This document shows positions 25,002 through 40,300 of a stretch of DNA of 64,000 nucleotides, in pieces. The position numbers and the translations under genes were made by a program. The stretch is taken from the NCBI GenBank assembly GCA_023213395.1, contig CM041465.1:184023741-184087740 (forward strand), written 5' to 3'. The notes under the pieces are model-generated. The model had not been told where the DNA came from. It made no database searches and saw nothing but the letters and a program-made list of their open reading frames with translations. The DNA is from Cycas panzhihuaensis (taxonomy: Eukaryota; Plantae; Cycadophyta). Every line of letters starts with the position of its first letter. The stretch's first letter is position 1.

Positions 25002-27056
25002 GATGTTCTTCTCATTTGAGGAAATTTCAAGCTTCTTTAAGGAACCTTAGCCCCCTCATCAAGCTAAGTAGGCCCTTGTATTCATGGTTAAATCCATGGT
25101 ATTAACATTAGTGGCCTCATTATCATCTCTAATGTAAATGACTATATTGTCTTCTAATTCATCAAGTTCTATCACTAAGACAAAAGTTTCTTCATTCAAA
25201 CATATTTGCTTATTACTTTAATATAATGAAGATTTTACTCTTTAACATTATACATGAAATTCTCCTTAAATTTATTATTCTCTTGAGAAAGTTCTTCTTT
25301 GGGTATCCTTAACATTCTTGCCTTTTTAATGTCTTGCTCCTTTGCTTATTTCTTTCAAAATTGAACTTCATTATTTAATCTCTTAATCATAAGTTGAGTG
25401 TATAATTCAGCTTTCATATGAGTTTAGGAAGAATTTATCCTAAATGTAGGTAAGAGAGGAGATTTAATCTTTCTACTCCTTTTAATAATTTCCTCGATAT
25501 CTAATATAGTTATATGGGTGACTTGGATGCTTGTGGGCTTCCTAAAATGAACTATGAACCTAATATCTTGGTCTAAACCTTCTATGAACCATTCCATTTG
25601 GAGGGATGGTGATAGATGATGATCTTAAGGTATGACTTGGAGAATAGCATTGAACCAAATAACATAGCCAGTTATGCTCTCCTTGACTCCCCTTTTAATA
25701 TTAGAAAACTCTGTTACTAGAGTAGGTGAGTTTTTTTAACTCAAATATGTTAGTTTAAAATAATCCATAAAAGAATTTTAGTTAGTGATTTTACTAAGAA
25801 AAAAGATCTAAAACAATGAAGCTACCTCACCCTATAAAATATGCACAAAAATCCTGACAATAACATTCACAGATGTCATATTAAACATCTTATATATTAC
25901 TAAAAAAATTACTAAATTTTATTCACTAGTGATAATCTATTATTAGCCATCCATAGAGCATGGTTTTTCTATCATGGTATCTATAGTTCTTAGACCCATT
26001 CTTCTATCATCTTATTATAGTTGTGTCTTCTAGCTCAATTTGTATAGGCCTCCGCCTTCTTTCTTGAGAGGATACAAGAATTCTTTCTATATACCTTGGG
26101 ATTTGACTTAGTGGGTATAAAGTCTTCTTGATGATTTATCTAACTTTTGCAGTTAGAATAATAAGATGAAGAAGATAGACTATATATAAAAGCTTGTTTC
26201 TTTAGAAAAGAATAAAAGCAAAGCAAAAAATAAATTTAACCCCCTAGTATGCTCCCCAAGACATTTTCCCATAAGATTATACCTTTCAAAGAAGTCAATA
26301 TAGTTGGTTTATAAGGTGTTCAAGAATGAAAGCTTATGGAGATAAATAATGGGAAAACTCTATTATAAAATAGATAAAACTATATCTAACTATAAGTGTT
26401 TGGAAAAGGTGCTCGAAAAAGGAAAAAGTGTATGGGGGAACTAATAGATGACAAGAATACATAAGGCTTTGATGTGTTATAGGCATGTAGAGGGAAAACT
26501 TTACAAGGATGAATTATTTGAGGAAATTCAAGATGTTTAGATTTAATAAAGAAACCCTTTAAGAATTAGGTCTTATTGACTAAAATCACATTAATCTAGA
26601 AAAAAGGCTAAGCTCATGAAACTTTAGCCAACATGTTTGGAAACTAATAGGTTTACTAACATAGTCATAAGAGGAGACTAATATAAATAACAAAGGAAAT
26701 TAGTATTGAAAATGAATATAAAGGATGAATGTAAGCCCTCTTCAAGGTGATGGCTCCTTTGAGAATCACCTTTGCTTGTGATTTCCTCCAAATAGTTGAA
26801 GCCTAAATAATATTCCAACAATATCCATTCATCACTTTTCCATGCATTAAATACCCACAAACAGGTATCATAACCTGAAGGACATATTAGTTCTATAAAC
26901 AAGATGTGACTTTTGGTTCATAATAATCCTCCTTTGCTTGAAAGATTCTTTGCTCTCAACATATCAAAACTATACTAAGTATAACTTTGATATATTTTTT
27001 CTTCTATTTCACTAAGTATTATTAATTTGTTTATTTAGTGAATGCTCAACTATAGA

Positions 27057-27490
27057 TGTTGGAGTGCTTGCTAAATTCCATATAATGAATGAATTTTAAA
27101 AAAAATATTAAATAAATATGTATCTAACTAGACACATAGAGAAAATCATACACAAGATTGTACACAATATTAAACAAGTGGAAAACCCTTTAGGGTAGAA
27201 AAACCACCTCAAAAAATAATGATAATTATATTATCAAAATGTATCATACAATAACAATCTAATCTTCAACCTTTATTTCACATAAGAGAGTATAATACAT
27301 ATATCCATTGAGTAAATAATGACCTATAATGGATTTTACAATTAGTTAAGTTATTAATTTAATAACTGATTTTATGAATATATATTAATACATTATATTT
27401 GATATAATATTAAATTGTAACAAAATAACTTTACAATATAATATTAGAATATAATAATATATATTCCAAATAACATTACATATTCTAACA
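27057..27490 (-). repeat. Copia-type 3' LTR (minus strand) with adjacent PPT (27491-27502)
   Basis: TGTTGGA...TCTAACA termini; GTGGAAAACCCTTTAGGG..AAAACCAC motif; followed by tgcccccctctc. Confidence 0.75.
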
Positions 27491-27502
27491 TGCCCCCCTC
27501 TC

Positions 27503-30500
27503 TTTTTTTTTAATAGGTAAAATCTTCATAAAGTGGAGTAGACCCTTTGGAATAAGACACCATAAGATAGAGGGCACTATTCTGCCCAAGTCACTTAGGA
27601 CTTGCACTTGGCCCTACTTACTTCGAAGACATTAATAACTCAAGTCTTCACACCCTTTAATGGTATGAAAGGATATAAAGACTAGATTGCATAATATATG
27701 TGAACTCTTAGACTAGACACCTACTAGCATACTAAATCAACATATTAAGGCTAACATGAATTACATAAAATCTCAAATTAAGCACCACCATGAGCCCCTT
27801 GAAAACTCATGTTTGATAGATGCAAAAGACAACATGTTACCCTATTCGAGGTATAAGAGCCTCATGAAATCAAGATGACACCACACCATAGAGTAATTTG
27901 CAGGTTGACCACAATTATCAATAAAGCCACATACTCTACACTACATCATAAAGCACTTTGCATGCTGACCACTACCACCATTAACACCTTGAACTCTACT
28001 CATCAATATATCTACTTTGACATGCACCTAAGCCATGCTACCAACGAAAGCTTGCTTCATGTGATGAAGTCTTCAAGTTCTATATCCATAAGATTTCCAA
28101 CTTAAAAACTAAAGATGTTGATCTATGTATTAGGTATTGTGATATTCTTTATCAACAAATCATCTTTATTGATAAAAATTTTAATGTACTACTACATAAT
28201 TTGCTTTATAATCTATAAGACTTATAGTCACAATTAACTCCATTAAATAATGAAATATATAAATGGTGTCCACTCCAGTGGAGTTCCTAAACTCATAGTT
28301 TCTAATAACATTAAAAAATACCTAAGAGCCAAGATGCTCTACATACAACTCAATTATCCATGTTGAAGTATAACTCTCCCTTGATCTGCTAATAATGGTC
28401 AACATCAAATATGCATATAACTCTATGTCAACTATGGATGATGATGAGATGCAAGAGCCAATCTGCTAATATGGATGGGCTGACCATGACATGTTAAACC
28501 TTTATAAGCACCATTACACAATAATACCATGGTGTTTTAACCTGTAAGAAAATATCTACATATGGTTAATAATAGGTGACCCTCTAAAGAATAGACACTT
28601 GACATGATAGACTATAGTGGGTTGACTAACGAAGAAAATGAGAATTATTCATTAGATCGATGGCATCCTATATTTATTCCATCTGGAAGCTGATTGCCAA
28701 GTAATACCAGAAGTGTAAATATGAAAGATTACAATCTCTAGTAATAACTCAACACTAGTCTATATCTTATAACCATCTTTTGGGTGTATACTAGTTACAT
28801 TACCTCATATTAACCTGCTCAAGAACACCTCCAAGCCAAAGAATCTATATCATCCTAATAATCTTCAACCACTTGTGTTAACACAATATATGTCATTTTG
28901 TTTGAACTAGAATTCATATCCTTTTGACCTCAATTTCTATGCTAAATATTGCTTGATTATATTCTTCTATATAAAAGCATATAGCCCTGCTAATTATCAT
29001 GTGGTCTCTATTTCCAATAATTGATTCCCCCATCTCATATCTTACTAAATAATATATCTAACTATCTCATCTAGAACCTTGGAGGTGGACTATCCTAGCT
29101 TACTTAATCCAATTCTCCTCTAAGATTAATTAAGGTAGTCCCTTGAACATTAAGCCACCCTTATCACTTCATGGCTTCTACATAGCCATGATACTGCTAG
29201 TCAAACCCTTCATATAAAATTTCTTTTAAAAGTTATATAAACGTAGTGCATAGCACCTTCTATAATAAACTAGACCACCACCATTTTTCTCTTTGTTTCT
29301 TGCGCTATGATAGACTACCCATATGCATCATACATTAAGCCATGATTCACTACCTTGGCATTTATATTATAGCCACCAAAGGAAAAACCTTTTGAAGTTT
29401 GATCTAGATACTTGCGATCTAACCATCTGTATAAGATCTAGGCGGCTAATATCACCTCCATTATCTCTAGGATCAAGAGTAACACCCTTATAACTTCATA
29501 AGTAACCACAATGTTCATACCACCAACAAATGAGATAATCTCTACCAATATTACCTATGCTACACCACTTTTAAAATAAAATAATCAGTTACTACTAAGC
29601 ATCCAAATCATCAAAGGACATCAATAACACACTAATGATCCATACCAATAAATTGAGGTCTAATACCTAAATCTATAATTGCTAAGCACAAGTAATAAGT
29701 CAATGTGTTGGTTGACCCACCAACACCATTACCTCATACACAATGGCCATAAAACCTTCAACAAATAATGGTGCCTTATTCTTCCATCCCAATCAACACC
29801 ATCAAATAAAAATACCTCTCAAACCTCCACCCTAAAGGTGATAAGACTTAAGTAATATGGTAAAAACCACCACATCATAACATCAATAATAGAGTTATAA
29901 ATAATTATTATTATTATTTAAACATATTCTAAATAGTGAAACCTACAACAAAATGGGCTCCTAAACACCTAACAACTTCCTCTAATACTAACAAGCCTCA
30001 TATTTGATGACCTATAATAGCAACCAACTAAGTGATCTAAACACTATAATATCTATTGGCCAAATTGTAACTGCTAATCCCAATGGACTAAGATAATAAT
30101 ATAATTCATACTACAAATCACTCAGTTAGATGCATCAAGCAAACTAGGGCCACAACCAATCTCAATTTTGCCTATCAATAAATTAACTCTATTATTAGCC
30201 AGCTTATCAATGCAACAATTAGATTAGCATGAGATGTATTAGGAGAGACTATGAAATCTCCAAGTTATGCCCTTAACCTCTTAGAAGATGGACTTCAAGA
30301 GAAAATTGCATGGAGCTCTATTGTTTGGCATGGCCTTGATCATTGTCTTTAAATCTCCCAAAACTTTTAGCCTCTTAGTTTTACCTTCTTCAACTATCAA
30401 TAGGCCTCTAATTAAAGCTAGGAACTTAGCTTTGTTATTAGAGGAAGTTCCTAGCCCCTCGACATAATCAATAAGAGTAGTCACCTCATGATCAATAATA

Positions 30501-32222
30501 ACACCCCTTACCCCAGCATGACTTAGATTATATTTGGATGCACTATCAAAGAAAAGATAGTAATGATTATTTTTCTAAATAGGCTTGTATTCAGCCTTGG
30601 AATTATCATACATCTTATACTTGAATTTGATATATAACTTAACCAATAACTTATCTTCATCATCAGATAGAGGCTTATTAACCTAAGTAACTAATTCAAG
30701 GGCTTCAATAATATGCCTTAATAGCCTAATGTTATTAAATCAATAAGAGAGTATTGACTATATTTTCTCTTGAAAGAGGACCTTGTTCTAACACAACCAA
30801 ATATACCTATAGACCAGACGAGGTAGTAAAATCCACACTAATTATATGACTAGTTTACCTAAGAGCTAAAAGGGATATATACCAATCCATTTGAGATCAA
30901 GGTGGCCCAGTCTCTAGAAGTTGACAACCTAAGAATAATTTAATAACTTCCTTAATTGGATCTAAACTTCACTAGAAAAAGGGTAGTGCAAACATAGATG
31001 ATCAATACTTTCTTTTGACCATCTACATAATATGCATATAGATAGCCTTAAGATTCCCCTTTTATATAAGTATTCTATAGTTAAAATAGCTTTGTGTATC
31101 ACTAGCTAAGTGAAGTGATCAATTTTATGGATCGATAGGTTGCCCCATAACTATCTACATTCTTTAGTACTTAAAGTATTCAAGATAACCTTCTCCTCCT
31201 ATATTAGTTTGGAAGCATCCTTTAATGTATATGTTCTAAGTTATAAGTAAGAGCCCCATATTAACTCATGTTCTCCTTCTTGGGTTTTGATCTTTCGTTG
31301 AGTAATCACTAGCTTGAAATTCTCATATTTTAGATGGAGAAAATAAAGAAATCTCAGCCAATCATTGACCCCTTTTAAGATCCATAATAATTATATTTTT
31401 AAAAAAACCTACTAACTTCATGAAGCCCTTTTAGTCTAAGCCATGATTGAAGGCCTATAAATGGAGAATTATAGATGATTAGTAGAAGCCCTTGAATTGG
31501 ATCCATCTATATATCAACTTTACTACCATCATTAATATTCCATAATATTCTATCATTAAATAAACTAACATTATCATAGATCTTTCTCTAGATTGGAGAC
31601 CCAGATTTGACCTCCACCTAGGTGGGGTTTGGTAGGCATTTTAGAAATGATCTTAGCTCCATATAATATAAGGGTAAATGAAATGGGCCTGATCCCTAAC
31701 CTCCAAAATCCTTGGGCATACAAATTATGTCATATTTGTAGGATTACGAGCTCCTTTCCATAAGAGCATTCTAACTTGTTTTTCCATCTAATCTAATACC
31801 CTAATATGGATGTGACTAATAGCCATAAGATAAATAGGAATATATCCTAAAATTACTTTTGCTACAACCACTCTACTAGTAAAAGAAAGTCATGTAGAGG
31901 TCTATGAATTAATTTTAAGGCCAATCTAATCTTTGAGATCCTTCCATTAAGTTATCCCTTATTTCTTCTTACCAATAGGGACTCTAAGATAAGCAAAAAA
32001 ATGACCTTCACTTAATTAAAATCCCAAGATTAGGTTCAACTTATATAACAAAGCACTAAGATAATTAGTAACCATGACTTTGGATTTTCTATTATTAATT
32101 TTAACCCTTGATGTTAGGTAGAAACTATTAAGAATGTTTTTTAATCTCTTAGCCTTACCCCCTAATTCATAGCTAAAGAATAGGGCATCATCAATTAATT
32201 GAGTATGGGTGATATATTCCAA
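27503..32222 (-). mobile_element. Old 5'-truncated L1 LINE of a second family with RNase H and a long 3' region
   Basis: T-run + aataggtaaaa (poly(A) end) at 27503; RNase H FFDSASKYN, SNNKAKFLAL, LGDLK (30150-30560); [23 protein letters not shown] (32016-32222). That 27503-30100 belongs to it is inferred. Confidence 0.65.
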
Positions 32223-33959
<1,737 letters not shown>

Positions 33960-33960
<1 letters not shown>

Positions 33961-34470
33961 ATTAAAACCCATGTTTTCGAGACAACCTTGCCAATTTTAA
34001 ATGAAGAGTAAACCTTGACCATACCTCTAGAATGTATACTAGCTACTAGATAAACTATCTCTAGAATTGGTATATTTCAAAATATTTAATACAATGGGTA
34101 GGCTACAACTCTGACGAAGTAACTTGGGAATTCGATAATTTTATCAAGAAGCACCTGCATCTCAAATACCTTGAGGACTCAACACCTTAGAGGGCGAGAC
34201 CTCTTACAAAACGCATCTCGCTAAGTTATATAAAACACTATTATACAGATATCCATCAAGAGGTTAAGAGATAAGGTTAATTATAGAACTTCGTACATGA
34301 GCCCATAAGCTAGCCAATGATATGCAAGGCTGCTATGCTGTCCAATATAATGTAAGGTTTCTTAGGCCACCAATAAGATTACATGTGAAGGACCCTCTTT
34401 TGTCTATATAAGGGTCATAGATTATAAAAGATGGTTAGCTTGATGTTACTTTTGTAAAGATTGTGCTATG
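33960..34470 (+). repeat. Tandem unit 1 (511 bp): chromovirus integrase C-terminus/chromodomain + PPT + partial LTR
   Basis: KYLIQWVGYNSDEVTWEF; purine tract ~34189-34199; TCTATATAAG at ~34403. Confidence 0.9.
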
Positions 34471-34870
34471 TATATATGTATATGTGTATATATGTATGTG
34501 TATATATATATATATATATACATATATGTATATATACACACATATGTATATGTGTGTGTGTATATATATGTGTATGTGTATATGTATATGTATATGGATT
34601 TGTGCTATATATATGTATATATATACGCATATGTATGTATATATACACGCATATGTATGTATATATACACACATATGTATGTGTGTGTGTGTATGTGTAT
34701 GTATGTGTGTATGTATGTATATATATACACATACACACACATACATACACATACACACACATGTATGTATATGTATGTGTATATGTGTGTGTATGTGTAT
34801 GTATGTGTGTGTATGTGTATATATATACATACATACACACATACATACACACACACACACACACACATAT

Positions 34871-35381
34871 AAGTAAAACCCATGTTTTCCAGACAACCCT
34901 ACTAATTTTAGATGAAGAGCAAACCTTGACCATACCTCCAGAATGTATATTGGCTACCAAACAAACTATCTCCGAAATTAGTCCATTTTAGAATATTTAA
35001 TACAATGGGTAGGCTGCAAATCTAACGAATTAACTTGGGAATTTGATGATTTTATCAAGAAGCACCCGCATCTCAAATACCTTGAGGACTCAACACCTCA
35101 GAGGGGCAGACCTCTTACAAAACGCATCTTACTAAGTTATATAATACACTATTATAGAGAGAGTTATTAAGAGGTTAAGAGATAAAGTTAATTATAGAAC
35201 TCTATGCATGAGCCCAAAAGATAGCCTATGGTATGCAAGGCTACTATACTATCCAATACGATATAAGGTCACTTAGGCCACTAATAAGATTGTATGAAAA
35301 GGATCCCTCTTTTTCTACATAAGGATCATAGATTGTAAATAATGGTTAACTTGATGTTACTTTTATAAAGATTATGCTATG
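34871..35381 (+). repeat. Tandem unit 2 (511 bp)
   Basis: Collinear with unit 1; EYLIQWVGCKSNELTWEF. Confidence 0.9.
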
Positions 35382-35387
35382 TTTGTA

Positions 35388-35430
<43 letters not shown>

Positions 35431-35635
35431 GTATGTATATATACACACATATGTATGTGTGTGTGTGTGTGTGTATGTATATGTATATGGGTTTATGCTA
35501 TATATGTATATATGTATATATTTGTATATGTGTGTGTGTGTGTGTATATATATATACACATATATATCTGTGTGTGCGTATGTATATATGTATACATATA
35601 TGGATTTTGTATATATACATACATATGTGTATGTA

Positions 35636-35718
<83 letters not shown>

Positions 35719-35832
35719 ATGTGTGTGTGTGTGTATGTGTATGTATGTGTACATATGTGTGTGTATGTATATATGTGTGTGTGTATGTATGTGTATATAT
35801 ATATACATACATACATGCACACACACATATAT

Positions 35833-36343
35833 AATTAAAACCCATGTTTATTAGATAACCCTACCATTTTTAGATGAAGAGCAAACCTTGACCATACCTC
35901 CAGAATGTATACTAGCTACCAGACAAACTGTCTTTGGAATTGGTCTATTTTAGAATATTTAATACAATGGGTAGGCTACAACTCTGATGAAGTAACTTGG
36001 GAATTAGATGATTTTATCAATAAGCATCTGCATCTCAAATATCTCGAGGACTTAACACCTCAGAGTGGGGGACCTCTTACAAAACTTCTCTCGCTAAGTT
36101 ATATAAAACACTCTTATACAAAGAGCTATTAGGAGGTTAAGAGATAAGGTTAATTATAGAACTTCATGCATGAGCCCATAAGCTAGTTAATGGTATGCAA
36201 GGCTGCTATGCTGTCCAATACAATATAAGGTCACTTAGGCCACCAATAAGATTACATACAAAGGACCTACTTTTGTCTATATAAGGGTCATAGATTGTAA
36301 AAGATTATTAGCTTGATGTTATTTTTGTAAAGATTATGTCGTG
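35833..36343 (+). repeat. Tandem unit 3 (511 bp)
   Basis: Collinear with units 1-2. Confidence 0.9.
35905..36132 (+). CDS. Open 75-aa stand-alone chromodomain ORF (TE-derived; expression unknown)
   Basis: ATG...ILEYLIQWVGYNSDEVTWELDDFINKH; the same frame is present in units 1 and 2 with TAG stops. Confidence 0.35.
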   Translation: MYTSYQTNCLWNWSILEYLIQWVGYNSDEVTWELDDFINKHLHLKYLEDLTPQSGGPLTKLLSLSYIKHSYTKSY

Positions 36344-36356
36344 TATGTATGTATAC

Positions 36357-36412
<56 letters not shown>

Positions 36413-37313
36413 GTATGTATATACATACATACATACATACATATATATAGTGAATAGAGCTATCATTAGATAAATTGTTGATGAGGTTCTATGTACTTAG
36501 TTCTAGAATAAGTGATAGGATTAGTAGTAATAGATATAACACCTTTATTATTAACTTTAATTTGAATGGAAGAATTTAAAGATAAACCAATGTTATTTAT
36601 TTAAGATTTAATCCATAAGTTTTCCTAACATCTTTTATTAAAGCATAATATTTAACCTCAATTATAAAAAGAGTAAGATATTATATTTTTTTACTTATCC
36701 AAGTGATTAGAGCATAGCTGAGAAAGAAAACATACCTAATTATTAATTTTCTTTCATCAATCTCTCCAACCCAATCAAAATCTATAAAAATAATTAGTTC
36801 AAGATTAAATTTATTATAATTATATCCACAAGGCCATAGTAGATGGCACCTTGATGATATCACAAAATTATTTTGATTCTTTTATAGTGTTAGTTATGTA
36901 ACTTTTGTATGTATTTAGGACATAAAGTATCTATATAAAATATATTAGTATGATTATAGATTAGATAAATTAAGCTTCTAACTAACTATTAATGCAAAGT
37001 TACATCAATTAAAGGGGATTTATAATTAATAATAAGTTTAACTCTAGATTATAAAAGAGTCAAGGCTAACTTACAAGTTTTCATATTAAATCTTTTAAGT
37101 AAGTCTAATATATATTTTGGTTGAGATATAAAAATTATTGATTCAATTTAATAAACTTGAAGACTAAGAAAATAATGAAGTAGACCTGCGTTAGTTATTT
37201 CAAATTTTAATAGTAAAATATTTTAATTTTAAAATTACAAGAAGTAATGACCTAATAATAATGATATCATCAATATATAAAATTAGAAGAGTGACATCCT
37301 TATTTTCTTTTTT

Positions 37314-40300
37314 TTTTTAGTATGGGTTAATTAATATGGGGGATTAGAAGAGGACCTCAACCCCTTTACAAGATCTACTAAACTAGCCTTTTAGTTATGT
37401 CGTGACAAGCCTAGGACCTAGCTATGAAGGAACCCAAGTCTAATATATCTGTTAAAACCCCTCATCGTGATAAGCCCAATGGCTAGCTATTTGAATCATG
37501 TTGTCTATCAGCTATATCCATCTGAGGAGCTAACTCTAAATCCATACCACTATTCATTCCTTCTAAATCCTTCCTAACTAGGCCCAAAATTTCATAAGGG
37601 ATCATATACCTCTAAACCTTACTTCTTTTAAATTTGACCCCTCAATTAGCTAATCCATCTGCCACCCTATTACCTTCCTTGTATATATGTAACACCTAAA
37701 CATTTGCTATACTTTGGAGATTCGTCTTGACATCGTCAATTATGGCTTTGTATCTCTAGTCAGGCTTTGTCTCTCCTCTTATTAATTTAAGCACATTCAA
37801 CGAGTCCCCTTCTAAGATTACTCTATCATGTCCCTCCCAAGAGATGAGATCCAAGGCTTTAACCATCACATTTAGCTTGACTCTGTGACTAGTTTAGATG
37901 TTGTAATAATCTGTGAAGGACCAGATTAACTTCCCTTTGTCATTTCTGCATACCTCTCCTCCCCCTGCTTCACCAAGGTTACCTTTCCCTTAGGGGAGGG
38001 CACCATTTGCTCTATCTTTTATGAGTCCTATTTATTTTAAAATTCCTCAAACCCCACCTCTCAAGGATCTCCCTTTTCTCATAGCTAATGGGATATTCTT
38101 CCTCTTCCTTTAAAGTCTCTCTTAAACTTATAGTGATTAACCCATGGAACTTAAGTCTATCGATATGACTATCTTGGAAGATTCTTCTGTTCCTCTCTTT
38201 CCATAAGTTCCACATCAGCATAGGAAGAGCAATTGTCCATATGAACCTAAGGGATCTACATCTAAAGGGACTTTTCCATGAGGCAGCTAAGTCCTCCACA
38301 TTACCCAAGAGGACCTACTCTACTCCAAAGCTACTCTAAATGAGCTTCCATACCTCCTTGGAAAAGGAGCAATGCAGTAGGATATGATCAAGGGACACTT
38401 CCTCTTTCTAGAATATGATGCATCTATTTGCTATTGAGAAGCCTCTTTTCCTTAAATTATCCAATGTCATAATCTTGTTCTTAAGGCATAGCTACCAAAA
38501 GATGGCTACCTTAGGGATTAAGCCCATTTTCCATATCCCTCCAAGCAAATTAGTATTCTTTAAACCATTTTTGGAAATTTCTAATAGGTAGCTAGATTTC
38601 ACTGAACAATCCCCATAAGGGATTAGGGGCCAGATCATGGAGTCCACCCTAAGGTATCTAAGAATATAATTTTTTCCTAGCTCACATCTGAAATTTTCAA
38701 TCTGCTCCTCTATTACATGTTCAATAGATAAATCATCAAAGGACTTCTATTTCTTTGTTCCCCCTTAGGTTTCCCAATAGTTCTTGACCTTCCTACCATA
38801 TAGCCTTTCACAGGTACCCTAGAGAGGACCAATATCGAGTCTTTTGTTCCATTATGGTTGTCCAATCTAAACATATTATCAAAGGTTAAACCTCTCCCCA
38901 TCTCCCAAGCACCATTGGACTCCCATCACCAACATCTTCCTTGCATAGGTAAGGCTTCTCCATATCACAAATCCATGCTTACCCGATAGATCATCACTTA
39001 GGTAATGTCTATCTCTTAGATATTTTTTAGTGACTCTCATGCACTATAAGTTTTTATCCTTCTTGGTTACTTTCCATCCTAGCTTAGCCACCAAATCCTT
39101 GCTAAAGTAGGCAATGTTTTTAATGTTCAGACCTCTAAACCATTTAGGGAGGCAAACTTTCTCCTAAGCTACTAAGTGAAGTATGTCCCTCTCCTTAACT
39201 CCTGATCATAGAATCCTCTTTTCAATGGACTCTAAGATATTGATCACCATTACTAAACACATAAACAATGACATCATATAAGTTAGGAGACTCTAAAGGA
39301 AAGCTATCAATAGCTATAGTTTTCTAGCTTAGCTAAGGAGTACTCCCTTCCAACTAGCTAATTTTCTTTGCACTCTATTAACAGTCAAGTTCCATAGGTC
39401 CTTCTCCATTCTGCCCACAAAGAGAAGCATCTCAAGGAATAGAGTTAGAAGCTTTCTTATAGATATTTTGAGAATCTTATTGATTGCTATTTGTGTTCTC
39501 TCCATAGTGTTTATAAAATATATGTTGCTCTTGTTGAGATTTATCCTCTAGTTCATCACAGTCTCTAACTTTTCAAGCTCCTTCTTTATAGCTTTGGCTT
39601 TCATGACATCAACCCTCCTTGGTAGGATATTGTCATTCATAAAATGGTGGTGGACTATATTATCCACCCCAAAAGTAGGTTTGAGCCCCACAGTCTTACT
39701 ATCCTTCCTAGCCTTCTCTATAGACCTTGCCGGCAATTTTGCCACAATGATAAATAGATACAAGGCAAGGGATCCCCTTGCCTCAGTCCCCTAAAGCCTA
39801 GAAAGAAGGTTGTCAAGGTGCTATTAACTATTATAGAAAACTTCAATTTTTTAATACAGCTCTTTATCTAGTTTCCCCAATAATCTCTAAAGCTAAAAGT
39901 TTTGATACGATCAGTCAAATAATCCCATGATACTCTATCATAGGCCTTGGAGAGATCAATTTTAACTATCATCCCATGCTTCTTCTTTTGGGAAGTTGAA
40001 TGGATAGTCTCATGAACCACAATGCTACCATCCAAAATATGTTTGCCATTGACAAAACTGTCCTGATTAGCTAATATGATCAAAGGGAGGGTGTTCATAA
40101 GTCTATGATCCAGAATCCTTAATAGGATTTTGTATTTTATATTGCAGAGACTAATGGGTTTATAGTCCTCCATCCTTTTTGCATCTTCCTTCTTTGGAAT
40201 CAAGACCAAGAAGGTAGCCTGCTATTCTCTATGATTTTTTCCATTCATAAAAAATTTAGTAATAACTTCTTCAAGGTCCTCTTTGATAATGTCCCAATAT

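Larger units (their letters stand above)
17250..26633 (-). mobile_element. Old Ty3/Gypsy (Athila/Tat-like) remnant: gag, protease and probable RT debris, interrupted by 18603-24542
   Basis: gag EFSNIKRGVKESITGYVIWFN...WFIEGL (~25500-25720); protease YIIDIRV|AHNIMP reconstituted across the insertion, and VVDIPHIYGMLLGRNW (18267-18494); LTR-like 26262-26633. Confidence 0.65.

Noticed and set aside
15370-26633. 15370-15747 and 26262-26633 as the paired LTRs of one element
   Set aside because: They are very diverged, with no PPT next to the left copy and no matching TSD; reported only as related repeats.
33960-36343. Repeat-spacer layout reminiscent of a CRISPR array
   Set aside because: Repeats are 511 bp and retroelement-derived, spacers are microsatellite, the context is eukaryotic and there are no cas genes.
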